From the NCBI GenBank assembly GCA_019721075.1, contig JAHEAD010000001.1, forward strand, positions 124,001-188,000: a DNA stretch of 64,000 nucleotides. Direction: 5' to 3'. The stretch is from Candidatus Sysuiplasma jiujiangense. GTDB lineage: Archaea > Thermoplasmatota > Thermoplasmata > Sysuiplasmatales > Sysuiplasmataceae. Under the pieces are notes generated by a model that was not told where the DNA came from, ran no database searches, and worked only from the letters and a program-made list of their open reading frames with translations. Numbering within the stretch: the stretch's first letter is position 1; each line of letters starts with the position of its first letter. This document shows, piece after piece, positions 61,293-64,000 of this stretch. Made by a program: the position numbers and the translations under genes.

Positions 61293-62706
61293 ATGGCTGC
61301 TGAAGGGAAGAAAGAACTGAGATCGCACGTCTCGCAGCTTGAGAAAACAACAATACATCTCACTGCAGAGCGTGATGAAGCGCTGAAGAGGGCCGATGTT
61401 CTCAGGTCGGAGAATGGAAAACTGAGATCTGAGATGGAACAGCTGCTGCACAGGCTGCTGCTTCATGAAAACCACATACCCCTTCCATCCCTGCAGAAGA
61501 ATGAGAAGAAGCAGGAAGAAAAGGCGAAGAAGAAACGTGGCGCACCCTAAGAACACATGGGCGCCACCAGGAAGATTCCCGAACACGATGGGACTGTCAC
61601 AGTCACTGCAGAGAAGTGTAACGAATGCGGCAACACCGATCTCGGAGAGCCTGTGAGAACAGAGAATAAGACAACAATAGACATTCTGCCGCCGCAGAAG
61701 GTGAAGATCACCGAGTTCATACCCGATGTGTACAGATGCAGCTGCTGCGGCAAGGAGTTCACAGCAAGACACACGGACTGCCCGCAGAAGGGTACGCTTG
61801 GCATCCACATGCTCGCCTGCATAACGATGCTCAAGTACCATCTCAGCGGGCCGATAAGGAAGATACAGGAGTTCCTCGCAGTCAACAACAACTTCAGCAT
61901 AAGCACCATGGGCATCAATAACGCACTCCTCCGTGTCGGCGACGCATGCCGCTCCGAATATGATGCGGCAATGGAGCGCATCCGCAATGCGAAATGAGTG
62001 CACATTGACGGGATCGGCATGGCAGTCAGCGGCGACAAAATGGTGTCTCTGGATATTCCGTTCGAATGAGAACGATGTGCTCGCCGTCATAACGGATTCG
62101 AGGGGAAGGAAAGCCGTCAGGGAAGACATGTGGGATGGTTTTCATGGTCCTGCAGTTGTTGACGAATGGAGCACATACGGTAATCAGACTGCAATACAGA
62201 GATGCTGGGCGCATCTGCTGAGGGAGGTCGCGCATTCAAAGAGGCATCTGAGCATGGCAGTGCGCTTTCAGAACGCATGCACACCATGTTCACCGAACTC
62301 AACCGAACTCAAGAAATTGCAGGAGAGCAATCCTCCAATGAATGCCGGGGAAGATGCGAAGCAGAAGCCCGACGGCGTCATAGAGAAACTGGTCGAGGAA
62401 TACAGTGAATACACGGAACTGTCAAAACCCGTCACTTACATACGCAACGGCCTCGGACACTGGTACACATGCCTCCTCTATCCGCGCATGGAGCCGACGA
62501 ACAATCTGGGCGAGCAGGCAATAAGGGAGCATGTCCTCATACGCAAGATCACAGGAACATTCCGTTCAGAGAACGGATCACAGAACTACCAGTACATAGC
62601 ATCGCTCCTCTCAACATGGAAACTCAAGGACATGAACATGTTCGAGGAGCTTGAGAAACTGATGAGGCAGCGGCTCTGTCTCTCGACAGGTACAGACCAT
62701 GGATGA
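61293..62706 (+). mobile_element. Decayed IS66-family (single-ORF, ISBst12-like) transposase pseudogene
   Basis: Coiled coil, KKKRGAP, zinc finger CNECG...CSCCG, QRCWAHLLRE, EPTNNLGEQAIR..V..RKI.GTFRS. In-frame stops at 61548-50 and 61995-97 plus frameshifts. Confidence 0.88.
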
Positions 62707-62935
62707 GATTATTGAGAAATATCGCGGCATATTTGATAAGGAGCTATGCAAATATATGCCGCATTTCCACATACATGATAGACTGACACAACCCGACACA
62801 TTCCGTCATGCACCCGTATGCCCTCTACAGCTCTCACTGGAGGGATAAAGTACGCAATCGCAGTCCATTAAAAAATGACATTCGACGTAAAGACCTTGCG
62901 GCAGCATAACGGTGTAATACTATATATCCATAAGA

Positions 62936-63883
62936 TTGATCCCAAGGTCGGACAACATGGTTCGCGTTTTCACTTTGGGGATTTGCTCCGTTGACGAGTC
63001 TTCGGGGCTGGAACGACTCATTTCACTCATCAACGAGGAAACTCTTCCAGACAGCACTATAATCAGTGACATCGTGATTGTGGTTAGCGGTGATTCTGCC
63101 GATACTATCTCAGTCGCAATGAATGCCAAATCCAGATTCCAGAAAACGGTTATTGTTGAACATGAGAGGAAGGGAAAAGCAGATGCAATTAATCGGATAA
63201 TTGATGCCATGAAGGGGAAAAACCTTCTTCTGATTAATGCAGATGCTCTGCCGATGAAGGGTTCCATCGGATCAATAATGAAGGAATTTGCAGCTTCCAA
63301 TGTTGGGATGATGTGCGCAATGCCGGTGCCGGCTGATTCTGAATGCAGTTCTTTTGTCCGGGCATTATCAAGATTCACCTGGTCCCTTCACAATTCAACT
63401 ATGGAAACACTCCAGGACAGAGGCGGCATTATGCATCTCACCGACGAAATGATCGCAATAGCGGACAAGACCATAACTATGCTACCTGAAGGTACTGTGA
63501 ATGATGGAGCCTATCTCAGCACTTTGTGCCAGATTGGGGGAGAAAAGGTGTCGTATTCAAAAAGTGCCGTCGTTATGATTTCAATCCCCCGCACTGTTCA
63601 GGATTTCATTAAACAGCGAATCAGGATAATTTATGGTCACCTTCAAGTAAACAAATTGATTGGAGAATTTCCAGGAACCGCTGAGTTCGCAAGTTTGAAA
63701 AATCCCATGACTGGGGCCAGAATTCTTGTTGATTTTGCCAAGAGAAAACCACTTGAATCACTTCTTCTTCCGTCAGCCCTGTTTTTTGAATTTATTGCAA
63801 TAAAACACGCATTGAAAGAGATGAAGAGAAAGGAAAATCCACACAAAGTCTGGAAAAGGGTTTCAAGCGCCACTTGGAAGTGA
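62936..63883 (+). CDS. Family 2 glycosyltransferase
   Basis: VVVSG.S.DT, RKGKADAIN, INAD, VNDG, KQRIRI (QxxRW-like). Confidence 0.82.
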   Translation: MIPRSDNMVRVFTLGICSVDESSGLERLISLINEETLPDSTIISDIVIVVSGDSADTISVAMNAKSRFQKTVIVEHERKGKADAINRIIDAMKGKNLLLINADALPMKGSIGSIMKEFAASNVGMMCAMPVPADSECSSFVRALSRFTWSLHNSTMETLQDRGGIMHLTDEMIAIADKTITMLPEGTVNDGAYLSTLCQIGGEKVSYSKSAVVMISIPRTVQDFIKQRIRIIYGHLQVNKLIGEFPGTAEFASLKNPMTGARILVDFAKRKPLESLLLPSALFFEFIAIKHALKEMKRKENPHKVWKRVSSATWK

Positions 63884-63887
63884 TAAA

Positions 63888-64000
63888 ATGACATCCGAGG
63901 CAACATTCAACCTTGAGCGGGCGAAGAATGAGGTTATGCAGGAACTGAAAAACTCGGCTTTTTGTGGATTCAGCTCAACAGTAGATTTTTTGCAGGAAAA
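63888..64000 (+). CDS. Start of a hypothetical protein, truncated by the window edge
   Basis: ATG 4 nt after the GT2 stop, open to the window end (MTSEATFNLERAKNEVMQ...). Confidence 0.45.
   Translation, partial: MTSEATFNLERAKNEVMQELKNSAFCGFSSTVDFLQE

Noticed and set aside
61548..61997. Stop-codon readthrough or recoding in the transposase
   Set aside because: Two different stops plus several frameshifts are better explained by pseudogenisation.
1..64000. CRISPR arrays, tRNA and rRNA genes
   Set aside because: I saw no regularly spaced direct repeats or cloverleaf/rRNA signatures by eye. tRNAscan and Infernal were not run.

Overview
Archaeal chromosomal window. Archaeal-type GlyRS, GHMP shikimate kinase, ADH synthase/DHQ synthase II, Cdc48 and GGTGA-type SD sites support this; Thermoplasmatota is my inference only. 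Five blocks: (1) 1-15.9 kb, a minus-strand aromatic amino-acid super-operon (ADH synthase, DHQS II, aroDE, aroK, aroA, aroC, CM-PDH, asd, ask, trpEGDCFB) with a divergent ACT-domain regulator. (2) 15.9-31 kb, mixed genes: an HTH-fused orphan DNA MTase, a split HTH regulator, carA and a frameshifted carB, a CBS+HPF-like protein, glyS, an MBL hydrolase, an amidase and a GNAT. (3) 31-50.4 kb, a contiguous sulfur-oxidation island: aprM-aprB-aprA-sat, Lrp, dsrE/tusA, sHdrC1B1AHC2B2, lbpA, dsrE, lipoate ligase, Mrp, a small Cys protein and a dsrEFH-like trio, followed by a bacterial-type PEP carboxylase. Three of its promoter regions share an ACATTGTCA-cored palindromic motif. (4) 52.5-60.5 kb, hsp20-cdc48 and neighbours. 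(5) A decayed IS66-family transposase and a GT2. Sequence-level oddities include an apparent +1 frameshift in carB at TTT_CGA, several conserved genes whose N-termini need non-canonical (probably CTG) starts, and catalytically degenerate LMW-PTP and Mrp proteins inside the sulfur island. All calls come from motif recognition by eye; no searches were run.
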